Origin: a virus
Taxonomy: Duplodnaviria; Caudoviricetes
IMG/VR virus record: IMGVR_UViG_3300031994_000022
Direction: 5' to 3' (one strand)
Length of the DNA stretch: 64,000 bases
In this document: positions 37,206-47,772 of the stretch, one piece after another
Layout of the letters: the number at the start of each line of letters is the position of its first letter
Position numbering within the stretch: position 1 is the stretch's first letter
The notes under the pieces: generated by a model
What the model saw: only the letters and a program-made list of their open reading frames with translations
Told to the model about the DNA's origin: nothing
Database searches by the model: none
Program-made: the position numbers and the translations under genes

Positions 37206-37802
37206 TTATTGTTCGGGAAATAAGTCCCTGATATTTTCATCGTCCTCTGGTTGAATATCTCTATTGATTATTTCTTCCACCATTGGTCTTACTACGGGTT
37301 CAACTAAAACCTCAATTTCATCCTCAAGTTCACGTTTAAGAACTTCAATTTTTACATCAAGCTGTTGTTCAGTTACATACCCTTTTTCGTCAAGATAATC
37401 CTTAGTTGCAACCTCGTTCACCTCGACCGAAAGATCCTCGCCAATAGTATAAGTTGTCAGCTCGTCTGCGGTGATTCTTCGCACTTTTTTCACTCCACCC
37501 ACAGTTTGTACCACTACGAGAATATACGAGCTAGAATCGAACGTAGTAGGGTGGTCAGCAGTGATTTTATGCTGTCCTCTAACTTGGTAAAGACCATCGT
37601 ATAACGATGAAAGTATTATTTTATTTTCTAATGTTCCGGTTAATTCAGGAATACCAATAACCTCAAGCTGATTCTGCTTGTTAAGGAAGCCATATTGACC
37701 ACGATCTGAAATCCACAGATACGCAGGGTATTTAATCTTACCTTCCTCAATAGCCTTGATGGTATTCGCATAAGTTCCATGTGTAAAAATAGGAGCTAAC
37801 AT
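37206..37802 (-). CDS. Putative virion structural protein
   Basis: GGAGG RBS; tail-module context. Confidence 0.65.
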   Translation of the reverse strand: MLAPIFTHGTYANTIKAIEEGKIKYPAYLWISDRGQYGFLNKQNQLEVIGIPELTGTLENKIILSSLYDGLYQVRGQHKITADHPTTFDSSSYILVVVQTVGGVKKVRRITADELTTYTIGEDLSVEVNEVATKDYLDEKGYVTEQQLDVKIEVLKRELEDEIEVLVEPVVRPMVEEIINRDIQPEDDENIRDLFPEQ

Positions 37803-37819
37803 ATTGTATCCTCCTTCTT

Positions 37820-38560
37820 TTATAATTCTATAAAGTTACTTGATGGCTCCGGATCTGGTTTGAGATTATCTACATCTATGATTCCATCGTTAGCATCATC
37901 AACTTCATCAAACATTGCGGGCTGTAATATCTCAACACCCTTACCAATCTGTTCACCGTCATGTACCAGATGAAGATTTTCCTTCTCGCCAATCTCAAGG
38001 TCGTTCGGCATCTTCTGCATCTCTCTATTAAGCTGATTCATCTGTGCCTTAAATGCTTCAATATCCTCAAAGTTGACATAGTCATTAAAACCATTAGGTC
38101 TCTGAACCATAAGAGTAGTAGAGTTACTCTCAAGCTTATCAATAACCATTGTTGTAGGATCATCTATTGGCGTATCACTTCCTTGTTCCTCAGTTACGAC
38201 CATAGTAGTACCTTCAACAACGTGTTCTGACTTTACACTTGGCTCAACGCCACCCTCGAACTTTATAAGTGTTAGACGCAGTGTGAGAGTACCCGACACC
38301 TGAGTAAGCTTAGTTGTTACTGGCAGCTCATATCTAAGATAATCCTTATACATGTCCTCATCTAACGTCAGTACTTCACTGTGGAAGTTACCGTTTGGAT
38401 CAACATACTTCAGCGTTACAGTATAGTCTTTTAACTCCGTACCATTATACATAGGTGGTATAAGGAACTGAATCTTATCTATCATAGACTCTTGCTGAAA
38501 TATAACTGTACGGACAGTAGTATTAAGGTTCTTATATTTATCCATTACTATTGTATACAT
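37820..38560 (-). CDS. BppU-like baseplate/adaptor protein
   Basis: QES.IDKIQFLIP..Y, LPVT..LT...G. Confidence 0.6.
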   Translation of the reverse strand: MYTIVMDKYKNLNTTVRTVIFQQESMIDKIQFLIPPMYNGTELKDYTVTLKYVDPNGNFHSEVLTLDEDMYKDYLRYELPVTTKLTQVSGTLTLRLTLIKFEGGVEPSVKSEHVVEGTTMVVTEEQGSDTPIDDPTTMVIDKLESNSTTLMVQRPNGFNDYVNFEDIEAFKAQMNQLNREMQKMPNDLEIGEKENLHLVHDGEQIGKGVEILQPAMFDEVDDANDGIIDVDNLKPDPEPSSNFIEL

Positions 38561-38609
38561 TACATTTCTCCTTTATCTAAAAAGGAGAGGGATTTACCTC
38601 TCCTTAAGT

Positions 38610-40442
38610 TTATTGTGGGACTTTATACCAACAACGATTGGCACCAATCCATTGGTATTCTCCAATAAGATATTGTGGGCTTTCATTTTTAGCAGTATAG
38701 AAATTTCTAACTAACCCATAACTACTCCAATAACCAGTATCTGGATATTCGTAATATACCCATTCATTAGTACTTGGGTCACGGAAGTATCCTTCTGTCA
38801 AATCAGACGTGTTCACCGGATACCATCTTGTTCCATCATATACAATGCCACCAGTATAATATCCGTGTGTTCCCGGATCATAACAGAACCACGCATCTCC
38901 AACTTCTGAATCTTCTGGTGGAAACTCTGGATAATCATATGATTGGGTTGTTTCTATTCCTTTAAAGTAAACACCACCCTGTACTTCACTTCCTGTGTAT
39001 GGTATAAATGTACCTTCGAAATCTATGAAACCATTCCAATGAGGATAGTTATAACTACCATCACCACCTACAAAATTCACATCTTTAAACATTTGTGTAT
39101 AAGTAGCATTAGGGGATAAATCATCTCTCCATTCACTCAGATACATTGATATATACTCTGGGGCAGAACCACCATAATAATAACTTGATAAACCGCCATC
39201 AAACATGTGGTCAAAATGTTCTACATTAGATACATCCCAATCTTGTAATTGTGATGGATCAAATATGTTTCTATAAAATAAATATCTCATTGATTCTATA
39301 TTAGATACATCCCATGTTTCAAGTCCAAGTATATAACCCATATCAGTATGATATCCGTTAAATAATCCATCAATATTTGTAACCTCAGAAAGATCCCAAT
39401 CATCAACATGTAATGCTCCCGGGAAATAACTGCTTACAAGACATTCGCCTTGTGAAACATCTATTGGATTATTCGGTATCTTCCATCCAGACAAATCTAT
39501 ATCTGAATCATAATTGTTTACATCGGGATTATATATATGATTAAGTGTTGTGGCACTGGTTACATCCCAATTTTGTATAGATACATCTTCAGAGTAATCA
39601 TATATTAAATTTTCAAAATCAGTTACATTACTTACATCCCAAGTGCCCAACCCAATAAAAGAGGGTTGAACACCTGATGTGTCAATCTGTGAACTTATAA
39701 GATAACTTAAAGTTGTTGTATCTCCAAGATCCCAATTGCTCACATTTATTTGAGTAATATTACCATAATAACCCGATAAAGCATTTCTCCAAGTGTCCTC
39801 AGATACTATACAGTTTTGAAGATCATATATCTCAGTATCCACTTCTATATCTTGTAAATCTATACCACCACCATTAGTAAAATCCGTACCAGACAAATCT
39901 AGCTGTGGGACATGTGCAGCACCAAGATTAATATTATAACCTTGACTAATACATGATCTCATACCGTATACTGTTCCCATATAATTATTTAAGTAAATAT
40001 TTGGAGTATATTCAGCAACAACAGTAACTCCAGTTAGATCAATTACATTATTCATTGAGTTAGTCATAATATCTCCAACACCTTCCAATGGATATTCGTC
40101 TTCAAGTGTCACACCATCTAACTCAATATAATTATATTTATTGTTAGTATTACTAGGTGCGATAGTGTCGATACTATCATCTATCGTCAATCCGTTTACA
40201 CCATACCACCACACAGTTTCCGTACCATCATTGTTCGGTTGTACCTTAACCCATATGTCATCACCATCTTGAGGTGAAAATACACACCCTATTGGACTAT
40301 TGGAGTGTTTAAACTTTAATGTCGAACTTGTATTAGTTACATGTCTAGCTAATAAATCAGGCAAAGTGCTATCACTATACTCCACACCAGTGCAATAATC
40401 GTCAGGGGCAAAATCATACTTAGCTTGAAAATTATCTATCAT
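38610..40442 (-). CDS. BspA/DUF285-type leucine-rich-repeat surface protein
   Basis: Repeats WDVSNV.., W.L..VT, WDVSNI, WDVTSA; acidic and aromatic-rich. Confidence 0.75.
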   Translation of the reverse strand: MIDNFQAKYDFAPDDYCTGVEYSDSTLPDLLARHVTNTSSTLKFKHSNSPIGCVFSPQDGDDIWVKVQPNNDGTETVWWYGVNGLTIDDSIDTIAPSNTNNKYNYIELDGVTLEDEYPLEGVGDIMTNSMNNVIDLTGVTVVAEYTPNIYLNNYMGTVYGMRSCISQGYNINLGAAHVPQLDLSGTDFTNGGGIDLQDIEVDTEIYDLQNCIVSEDTWRNALSGYYGNITQINVSNWDLGDTTTLSYLISSQIDTSGVQPSFIGLGTWDVSNVTDFENLIYDYSEDVSIQNWDVTSATTLNHIYNPDVNNYDSDIDLSGWKIPNNPIDVSQGECLVSSYFPGALHVDDWDLSEVTNIDGLFNGYHTDMGYILGLETWDVSNIESMRYLFYRNIFDPSQLQDWDVSNVEHFDHMFDGGLSSYYYGGSAPEYISMYLSEWRDDLSPNATYTQMFKDVNFVGGDGSYNYPHWNGFIDFEGTFIPYTGSEVQGGVYFKGIETTQSYDYPEFPPEDSEVGDAWFCYDPGTHGYYTGGIVYDGTRWYPVNTSDLTEGYFRDPSTNEWVYYEYPDTGYWSSYGLVRNFYTAKNESPQYLIGEYQWIGANRCWYKVPQ

Positions 40443-40454
40443 GATATCACCTCC

Positions 40455-41876
40455 TTAAATTGCATGTATTACGATACCCTCACCAACTTGGGTTTGAATA
40501 TCTGTATTAGCATAAAATCTTACATTAGAACCGTCCGAGTCTATGGCTTGATAAAGTTGGTATCCGTTACCATCGTCATAAACAAGGGTTGCACTTTCGT
40601 AATTCATACCACTAACATATGTAGCAATCTTAGCTCTATCTTTATATATAGTAATTCTATTTCCGGGTGCATTAAATAATATAAATTGTGAAATGCAAAA
40701 ATCATGAAAGTCTTCTGGTACAGAATATGTTGTCCAAGTATTAGGCATTAAGAACGTAGTAGGGTAATCGGCAATTATAATAGACTCCGTATAATCGCAC
40801 ACCCAATAATCATCAGTATTTATTTCTCCAGATTCTGGTTCAATATTAGTGTATATAATTCTACTTTGTGCTTCATTGTCAATCACCAACATTTGACTAT
40901 TGACATGTACATCTATATTTCTACTAGGAATAGTATCGCACTTAAATGTGAGAATACCATCACCTTGAGCAATACAACGTATATTACAACTTAGATATTC
41001 TTCAATATATTGTTCATATGGACGCACCACAATAAGCTGCTCATCCTCATTATCTGTAATACCATCACAAGGTACAGTTATGGTATTAGTATTCCTGTTC
41101 CAACTACCTTCTCCTGTTACGAGAAGAGTAACCTTTTTTGTAATGATAACTAAATCTTTAGCATGTTCTGCTTGTTCACTATAATATTTTGCATTATCCT
41201 TGTCTTCACCTTCACGAGTATTAGTGCCACCCACAGAGTATGATTGAGAGAGTACTGAAGAAGCGTTAGCCTGTTCACTATAATACTTCGCATTATCTGT
41301 ATTCTCACCCTCACGAGTTCCGGTTCCACCTTTAGCGTATGACTCTGACAGATTCCTATAACCAAGGCTTTCTTGGTTAAGAGCTTCAATATCATCTATA
41401 ACCCCTTCGGCTTCTTGAACAGCACCCAATAAGTCTTGCAGTATATTGGTGTCAAACTGTGTTGCTGCGTCATCATCACTAACAACGCATTGCTCGACCA
41501 ACATATAGCCAGTAACAGTACCAATTATTACACCATCATCACCCCATATAATGTGATACTCGCCGTGTTCATCGACTTCTATATCAACTTCACCAGAAGA
41601 GAGTATGAGTTGATATGGCAGTTTGCCAGCTTCATGTGTGTCATTTGGCTCAAGTGACATTTTATATACATCTCCACTGCGAACCAAATGCTTGAATGAT
41701 ACAACCTTTTTGCCTTTCATAACAAAAGTACAATGAGTATCATCCAGTTCTTTCTTCTTACCGTTTTCCGTAATTGTGAATTCAACTGTACGGTTACGGT
41801 CATGCTGTTTAGCATAGATATAATCTGAATACTTATTATTCATTATATCTATAGATATCTTTTGTACATTATCCAA
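40455..41876 (-). CDS. BppU-family baseplate upper protein
   Basis: AKQHD..R.V.F.ITENG; SY..GGT.TREGE..DNAKYYSEQA x2. Confidence 0.75.
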   Translation of the reverse strand: MDNVQKISIDIMNNKYSDYIYAKQHDRNRTVEFTITENGKKKELDDTHCTFVMKGKKVVSFKHLVRSGDVYKMSLEPNDTHEAGKLPYQLILSSGEVDIEVDEHGEYHIIWGDDGVIIGTVTGYMLVEQCVVSDDDAATQFDTNILQDLLGAVQEAEGVIDDIEALNQESLGYRNLSESYAKGGTGTREGENTDNAKYYSEQANASSVLSQSYSVGGTNTREGEDKDNAKYYSEQAEHAKDLVIITKKVTLLVTGEGSWNRNTNTITVPCDGITDNEDEQLIVVRPYEQYIEEYLSCNIRCIAQGDGILTFKCDTIPSRNIDVHVNSQMLVIDNEAQSRIIYTNIEPESGEINTDDYWVCDYTESIIIADYPTTFLMPNTWTTYSVPEDFHDFCISQFILFNAPGNRITIYKDRAKIATYVSGMNYESATLVYDDGNGYQLYQAIDSDGSNVRFYANTDIQTQVGEGIVIHAI

Positions 41877-41894
41877 ATCTCTACCCCCTTTCTA

Positions 41895-42557
41895 TTATGA
41901 TGGCAATTCAACAGCCGCCTTAACAGGATAACCATTGCCAATTATTAAATATTCTTTATTGCCAACGGTTGCCCTCACGTTTTCGTCTACATCTATATTT
42001 GGTGCTAAAAGCGTTAGATACAGATTATCCATAAATCTTTGATTATTATACGCCTTTATAATTTGGACATCATTAGAATAAGGACTTAATCCACCATTTA
42101 CATTATTATATGGACTAGCATTTGAACCATAAACAATAAATTTTAGCCTACTATAATCACATGTTGCTAGCCAATAATCTGTTACAACCCAACTATCCGC
42201 AGACGTTTTCGGTGCGATAAATGCTACTTGAATCGGAGTATTTGCTGTTTTGGTAAAACCTATTGCAATTCCACCGTTTGATAAAAGTTCATAACATATT
42301 TTTATTGGGAGAGAACCAGAATCCGCATAAATATAACGTATATTGGTTGCACTTCCAGTAAACCAATGTTGGTAGTACATATAGCTGCTATTAGATAAAT
42401 TTGGCTCGTATGCATATCTCAATTTGGCATATCCACCTTGATCATCCCAAGTATAGTCTGAAGTATTCTCATCTATGATATCCACAGTAAATCCAATATT
42501 TGCCATGGCGGTATCCATATTAGCTCTAGTTGGTGTCGCTACATTTATTGTATTCAT
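41895..42557 (-). CDS. Putative tail protein
   Basis: Overlaps upstream gene; tail context. Confidence 0.6.
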   Translation of the reverse strand: MNTINVATPTRANMDTAMANIGFTVDIIDENTSDYTWDDQGGYAKLRYAYEPNLSNSSYMYYQHWFTGSATNIRYIYADSGSLPIKICYELLSNGGIAIGFTKTANTPIQVAFIAPKTSADSWVVTDYWLATCDYSRLKFIVYGSNASPYNNVNGGLSPYSNDVQIIKAYNNQRFMDNLYLTLLAPNIDVDENVRATVGNKEYLIIGNGYPVKAAVELPS

Positions 42558-45500
42558 TCCTCTATTCTCCCTTCTATTCCTGTTGAAGTAGTACTTGATA
42601 AAGTTGATATTCTCGCATTAGTTGACGTAGTTGCGTCACCACTTGGTATACCGTATACTATATTTCCAATTTTAATTGTATTTAAAACTGCCGTTGGTTC
42701 TTCACTAGGGTTTGCAATAACCTCTGTACCACCCACAGCAGATATAACATTATTCTCAATGGTGATATTATCACCAGCGACAAGTGTGTCTTGCTTACTT
42801 GATAAAGTACTGAGTAAGGATTGATTATTTATATATATATCCGTATCAGCATAAAGCTTATCAGACCTTACCGATGTAGTAGTCCTTACAACTGAAGGTG
42901 TAATAATCGAATCCTCTTTGCCCAGACCTTGTTCGGTAACTATCCAGTCTCCAATCTCTGAGCCTATACCTACGTCAGCAGTAACTTCGGCATTACCTTT
43001 ATAATTAAGTTCATATTTTCCGGTGGCAGTATTATATTTACCAGTTAATCCACCACCACCAAAATTAAACTCTCCAGTGACAAGATCTATGTAAGAACCA
43101 GAAGTGCCAGTGCCATTCCAATTCTCACTATAGACTTCTCCAGCCACTATCTGAGAACCAGTGATGTATCCAGAGTTAACGAACTTTGCATTAACACCGT
43201 AACCTTCTACAGTTACCCATGCTCCTTGCTTGTCATCTCCACCTTTAGGATCCCAATATTTATATGTATTCTCACCTATAGCAAGAGCAGTGGTTTCCCA
43301 ATTGTCCTCAGTAAATACTATCTTATTATTCTGTATTCGGAGTTGCTTTGGACTATATGTCTGTGTTATGTCATCATATGATCTGGCAATCAGACCGTTC
43401 TCGTCATACATTATCTCCTCGACATCGTTATTAACTATCTTATTTACATCCGCTGGCATTCCTTCCTCGCTCCAAGAATCTACCTCGTCCGTAATAGCAG
43501 AAGATTTCTCAACTTGATGCACTGTCGCAGTATATGACGTTGACATTGACTGAGCTTTTGACAATATATCTTGAGCATCCGAAAAATAATTTTTCACTTT
43601 GGTTACATTTGAAAAAGTAACATTTATACTATCGGGATTACCATAATTATATGACACACCAATAAGACGAAGTTTGTATAACTCTTCATCACATTCACAC
43701 ACTATGTAATCACCGATTGCAAAACGCTCTTTGTAATTTTTAAACTCTGTTGTATTTAAAAGATTCTTCAGAGAATCTGAAAGTGTGAATTGCAGTTTTG
43801 TGGCTTTGTTTAATTCCTCATTCGCAAGTTCCAAAACCCTCTTGGCGTAATTGATCACTTCGCCATCCGAAATACCATCTGATATATAATTAGGATTGTT
43901 GTAATCTCCCTCACGAATATAGTGGAAGAACACCGTGTATAAATCTTCTCCGATGAATTTTTCGAGATTAAATTTATCTTGCCATTCTGTCATCTTGGTT
44001 CGATAGTCATCTCTCTTTGTCTCCCATTCTTTGACCGTAGCTTCACGCTTCTTCATCTCCGAATCAACAAGTTCTTTGCGGTGATAGTAAGGATAGTACA
44101 AAGGATTGTATAAGTCGTAGCCATAGAAATCTTTATCTTTATCACCAATGCGTTGACTCTGCATTACCTCAAGAGTCCCAGTGAATGCCTTTGCACAAGT
44201 TTCAAGGATGTCGAGAGAGTACTGCGTCAGAATATCTGAGAATGATGGTGGATCACTTCCAACAGCATCATCAACTGCTTGAATATAATCACCATTATCA
44301 TCTCTAGGGATATCAATATCTATTATGCTTTTAACCGTACTGTCAGCTTTCGCCAAACGCTTCTCAACTTTCTCCTGCATCCACGCCATATAATCTTCAT
44401 ACACTTCTGTTGTATAGAGATATGCGGTAAGTGGAACAGTAGTAGTATAACTATCATCTGGGTCTCCTGTGTTATAGACTTTAACATTACCAGTCCAAGT
44501 GTATGTCGGTACTTCGGATGTAGTTGTTGTCTCTATCCATTTAGGATCAATATCAATGTAATCAATGTAGTTGTAGCCATTTGCTTGTAAATATATAATG
44601 TGTCCTAATTTTTCAGGAGGGTCGGGATATCGACCTTCATACCAAGCTTTGTATCTTTTCCCGTCGTCACGGAAATCACCAATATCCATATAGTTGGTAT
44701 TTATATCAAAATGATATGTCTTACCATCTATTATCGCGAAACCACGAGCATAGTTATTCCCATTTACTTGCTTCAATACCCATTCTCCGGCTTCTCCAGA
44801 TTCGTTATAGAATTGATAATCTTGTCCCGTTTGGTGTATACCACTCTTGTCCACATAGCGATAAACATTTCCGTACTTGATATACTGATCTTTCTGTAAC
44901 TCTTCGTTATTGCCAGTTTTGACATAAAATTTATTATTCTGCCATCTAGTATTTGTTTTTGTGACAGTTCTTGTGATCGGATCTGTTGAGTGAGTACTAT
45001 CTGTAATCTCCATACGGTAGATATTATTAAATTGCAGTGAAGCAATATTCTTAATTTCATTATCAATCTCAGTATCAGACTCTGGAAGTTTATTCAAAAA
45101 ATAAACTTTGTTGTTCGCATTTCCGAAATACTGTCGAAGACCATCACCTTCATTTGCCACAACTTCCCAAGTAACGGTGCCATCAGTAACTGTATCACCT
45201 ACGTGTGGGTCAGTTATAATAGGTTCTGTTGTCCCAGACTTTCCAGGCACTTCGCATTTTAGACTCATGTTATACGGCAGCTTGGAAGTAAATACCGTTT
45301 CATCTTTTACATAGGTCTTGTTTGCTTTCCAAGCAACACCTCCACCTTCGACAATCTGTCGTGCGGATGGGAGAGTAAGAATGTTCTTGCGAACTATCCA
45401 TTGTACCGTACCGTCTTCAATTATCTGTCCTTCGTATACCGACGTAGCATCGAATTCTTCAGCACCAGAACGCCCCGGATCTCCTTTTTCACAACACTCC

Positions 45501-46639
45501 AAATAGCACCACGAAGGAAGTGTTTTTACATAAACAATATCACCAAGGTCGTATCCGGTTTCAGGTTTCCACGGTTTGCCATTTATTCTCGGCATCATAG
45601 ATGTCTTGTAGTAATAGTAGTTGTTGATAGCGTCATACCAATTCGCAACTACTTCTTGATATTTCTTTATGTTCTTATCATAATACTCGCTGTACTCTTG
45701 TAGTTTCGCCACTAAAGCTGGTGGCATATCAGCGTAATCAGCTTCAGAAAATCTATAAATGTACGGTGTACCACTAGGATTACAATTGATGATAGCAGCG
45801 TTGATATTATCATCACCACCAGTAACATAGAAACAATTCTTAACTTGTCCTTCGTCACCATCAACCGTCATCTTCTCCGAAAAGTTGTTATATGAAATAA
45901 ATATGTTGGCATCTTTGCCGTAGCCTTTTTGTATATGAGTTCCTCCACACTTTGGACATACATCTGTGAAATTACCTCTATAGTTACAATCAAGACATAT
46001 GTTATCCAAATCATATGCCGAAATCTGTCTCTTCACCGAATCAAATAAAAACAGACACTCAATCTCTTTAGCGATAGTGTCTGTCAGTACTTGGTAGATA
46101 TTCTGATTACTGATACTAAATGTACGTTGTATATTGCATAATGTATCGTCTACGTGTCCTATTGACCATCCTGGTGTCTTAACCGATAAGACACGGTGGA
46201 GCAGCGAACCTCTCGGATTCTCCTCGTTATAGAATACCGTAGTTACATAATCGTCTTGCAATATATCTGACTCAGTATTTACTTCGAGGCTTCGAATAAT
46301 ACGATTACTTAATTCGTGTTCTGCGGCAGAAGTAAGAGTTACTTTCTTTACCGTAGAATTATCCTCGTCTATACTTACGTCAGCTTTATAATATTCATGA
46401 TGTTCCGGGATATACACGTATTTGAATGATATAAGATCATCCCAGACATTACATTTTACTCCATTTACTTCCTTGTAAACATCGAAAGACATTTCATCAG
46501 CACTATTCATATTAATGTTGACGTTAACATCTTCTATATTTATGTTATTGATTTCACCAATGTGATGGTGATATATGTTGGAAAGTATGAAGGTCGGCTG
46601 TTCGATTTGGTCGAACATATCATAAGAAAATTTTTGCAT
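42554..46639 (-). CDS. Tail-associated (Tal/hub-like) protein with inserted binding modules
   Basis: Follows Dit; SLLHRVL...WSIGHVD, CLFLFDS..R.I; central W..T.Y..GD / DGTV.W repeats. Confidence 0.8.
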   Translation of the reverse strand: MQKFSYDMFDQIEQPTFILSNIYHHHIGEINNINIEDVNVNINMNSADEMSFDVYKEVNGVKCNVWDDLISFKYVYIPEHHEYYKADVSIDEDNSTVKKVTLTSAAEHELSNRIIRSLEVNTESDILQDDYVTTVFYNEENPRGSLLHRVLSVKTPGWSIGHVDDTLCNIQRTFSISNQNIYQVLTDTIAKEIECLFLFDSVKRQISAYDLDNICLDCNYRGNFTDVCPKCGGTHIQKGYGKDANIFISYNNFSEKMTVDGDEGQVKNCFYVTGGDDNINAAIINCNPSGTPYIYRFSEADYADMPPALVAKLQEYSEYYDKNIKKYQEVVANWYDAINNYYYYKTSMMPRINGKPWKPETGYDLGDIVYVKTLPSWCYLECCEKGDPGRSGAEEFDATSVYEGQIIEDGTVQWIVRKNILTLPSARQIVEGGGVAWKANKTYVKDETVFTSKLPYNMSLKCEVPGKSGTTEPIITDPHVGDTVTDGTVTWEVVANEGDGLRQYFGNANNKVYFLNKLPESDTEIDNEIKNIASLQFNNIYRMEITDSTHSTDPITRTVTKTNTRWQNNKFYVKTGNNEELQKDQYIKYGNVYRYVDKSGIHQTGQDYQFYNESGEAGEWVLKQVNGNNYARGFAIIDGKTYHFDINTNYMDIGDFRDDGKRYKAWYEGRYPDPPEKLGHIIYLQANGYNYIDYIDIDPKWIETTTTSEVPTYTWTGNVKVYNTGDPDDSYTTTVPLTAYLYTTEVYEDYMAWMQEKVEKRLAKADSTVKSIIDIDIPRDDNGDYIQAVDDAVGSDPPSFSDILTQYSLDILETCAKAFTGTLEVMQSQRIGDKDKDFYGYDLYNPLYYPYYHRKELVDSEMKKREATVKEWETKRDDYRTKMTEWQDKFNLEKFIGEDLYTVFFHYIREGDYNNPNYISDGISDGEVINYAKRVLELANEELNKATKLQFTLSDSLKNLLNTTEFKNYKERFAIGDYIVCECDEELYKLRLIGVSYNYGNPDSINVTFSNVTKVKNYFSDAQDILSKAQSMSTSYTATVHQVEKSSAITDEVDSWSEEGMPADVNKIVNNDVEEIMYDENGLIARSYDDITQTYSPKQLRIQNNKIVFTEDNWETTALAIGENTYKYWDPKGGDDKQGAWVTVEGYGVNAKFVNSGYITGSQIVAGEVYSENWNGTGTSGSYIDLVTGEFNFGGGGLTGKYNTATGKYELNYKGNAEVTADVGIGSEIGDWIVTEQGLGKEDSIITPSVVRTTTSVRSDKLYADTDIYINNQSLLSTLSSKQDTLVAGDNITIENNVISAVGGTEVIANPSEEPTAVLNTIKIGNIVYGIPSGDATTSTNARISTLSSTTSTGIEGRIEE

Positions 46640-47434
46640 TTACCTCAATCCCACCTTTCTGATTTCCCTGTATTCCAAAGTTATGTCGGCTTGCTTATTG
46701 ATGGTAAAATGATTCTCTGAGTTACCATAGCTCGTCACAAACCTTGGATATTTATAATTAAATTCATGTATCCAATCATGGGCAGTATTAGTGCTACCAA
46801 TCTGCTGTACGTCACCATTTTCTATAGTGATGGTTTCGCCAGCTACACAGTTCTTGAGTTCCATATCTCTGTTCTCCGTGGTATTGATTAAATGTAGTTC
46901 ACCACCTTCCGCCAATTGGATTGTTACTGTAGGATATATATATCCTTCTTCGTCTGTATTTACGTTGATGTCAAAAGCAGCTTCATTACTGAAATGCTTA
47001 ATGATGCGAGAGTAGCCATACGGAGCATTTGTATGGAGAGTAATCTTAAGACCTATGACTTTATCTCCAGCGTACTCTTTTTGTACTGTCCAATATCCTT
47101 GATACCATACATCACTTGTGGTACTATCATCATCAACATATCTAAACCATTTATATTGTTTCCGACATAACCATCGGGTCAGCTCCGACACGTCATCATC
47201 GGTTAAATTCAAATCGTCATCCGGAAACTTACAGAAGTCTTTCATGATAAGGTATGTCGCAGTCAGATTGTCGCCATAGTCATAGCCGACCCCCAAAGAC
47301 TTATCATTTCGGGCACCCTTTATGGTTTTCATTTCCATATTAGAAGTGTCCATTAGTTCTTCTGTGTTTTCAAACACGAGGATATAACCAAATTCCGACA
47401 ACGATCTGCCGTCAAAAATGAAATCACTTATCAT
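46640..47434 (-). CDS. Distal tail protein (Dit)-like
   Basis: DFIFDG..LSEFG, RWL.RKQYKWF, TNAPYGY; position after TMP. Confidence 0.75.
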   Translation of the reverse strand: MISDFIFDGRSLSEFGYILVFENTEELMDTSNMEMKTIKGARNDKSLGVGYDYGDNLTATYLIMKDFCKFPDDDLNLTDDDVSELTRWLCRKQYKWFRYVDDDSTTSDVWYQGYWTVQKEYAGDKVIGLKITLHTNAPYGYSRIIKHFSNEAAFDINVNTDEEGYIYPTVTIQLAEGGELHLINTTENRDMELKNCVAGETITIENGDVQQIGSTNTAHDWIHEFNYKYPRFVTSYGNSENHFTINKQADITLEYREIRKVGLR

Positions 47435-47449
47435 AATTAATCCCTCTTT

Positions 47450-47710
47450 TTATACGTATTTATTCATTTCCTTAAGTATCTTTTTCTTGACTGATTTCTG
47501 CTTGTCTATAACCTCAACATATTTCTGCTTCAGTATCTTGAGAGAATCAATCAGTTTATTATATTCTTCTTCCTTTTTATCCATAGCTTCTTGACGCTTC
47601 TCAAAGTACTCGACCTTGTCTTTGAGAGCGTTGACTGTGCTTTCAAGTTGCTGTATCTTTTCTTTGTATTTTTCATTCTGTCTTTTTAATCGACTTTTAT
47701 CTGTTAACAT
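47450..47710 (-). CDS. Coiled-coil hypothetical protein
   Basis: AAGGAGG RBS; heptad pattern. Confidence 0.65.
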   Translation of the reverse strand: MLTDKSRLKRQNEKYKEKIQQLESTVNALKDKVEYFEKRQEAMDKKEEEYNKLIDSLKILKQKYVEVIDKQKSVKKKILKEMNKYV

Positions 47711-47772
47711 CCTGTTACCTCCTTATTAAAAAACACTAGGGTAGGAGAGTACCTACCCTAGCATAATATAGA

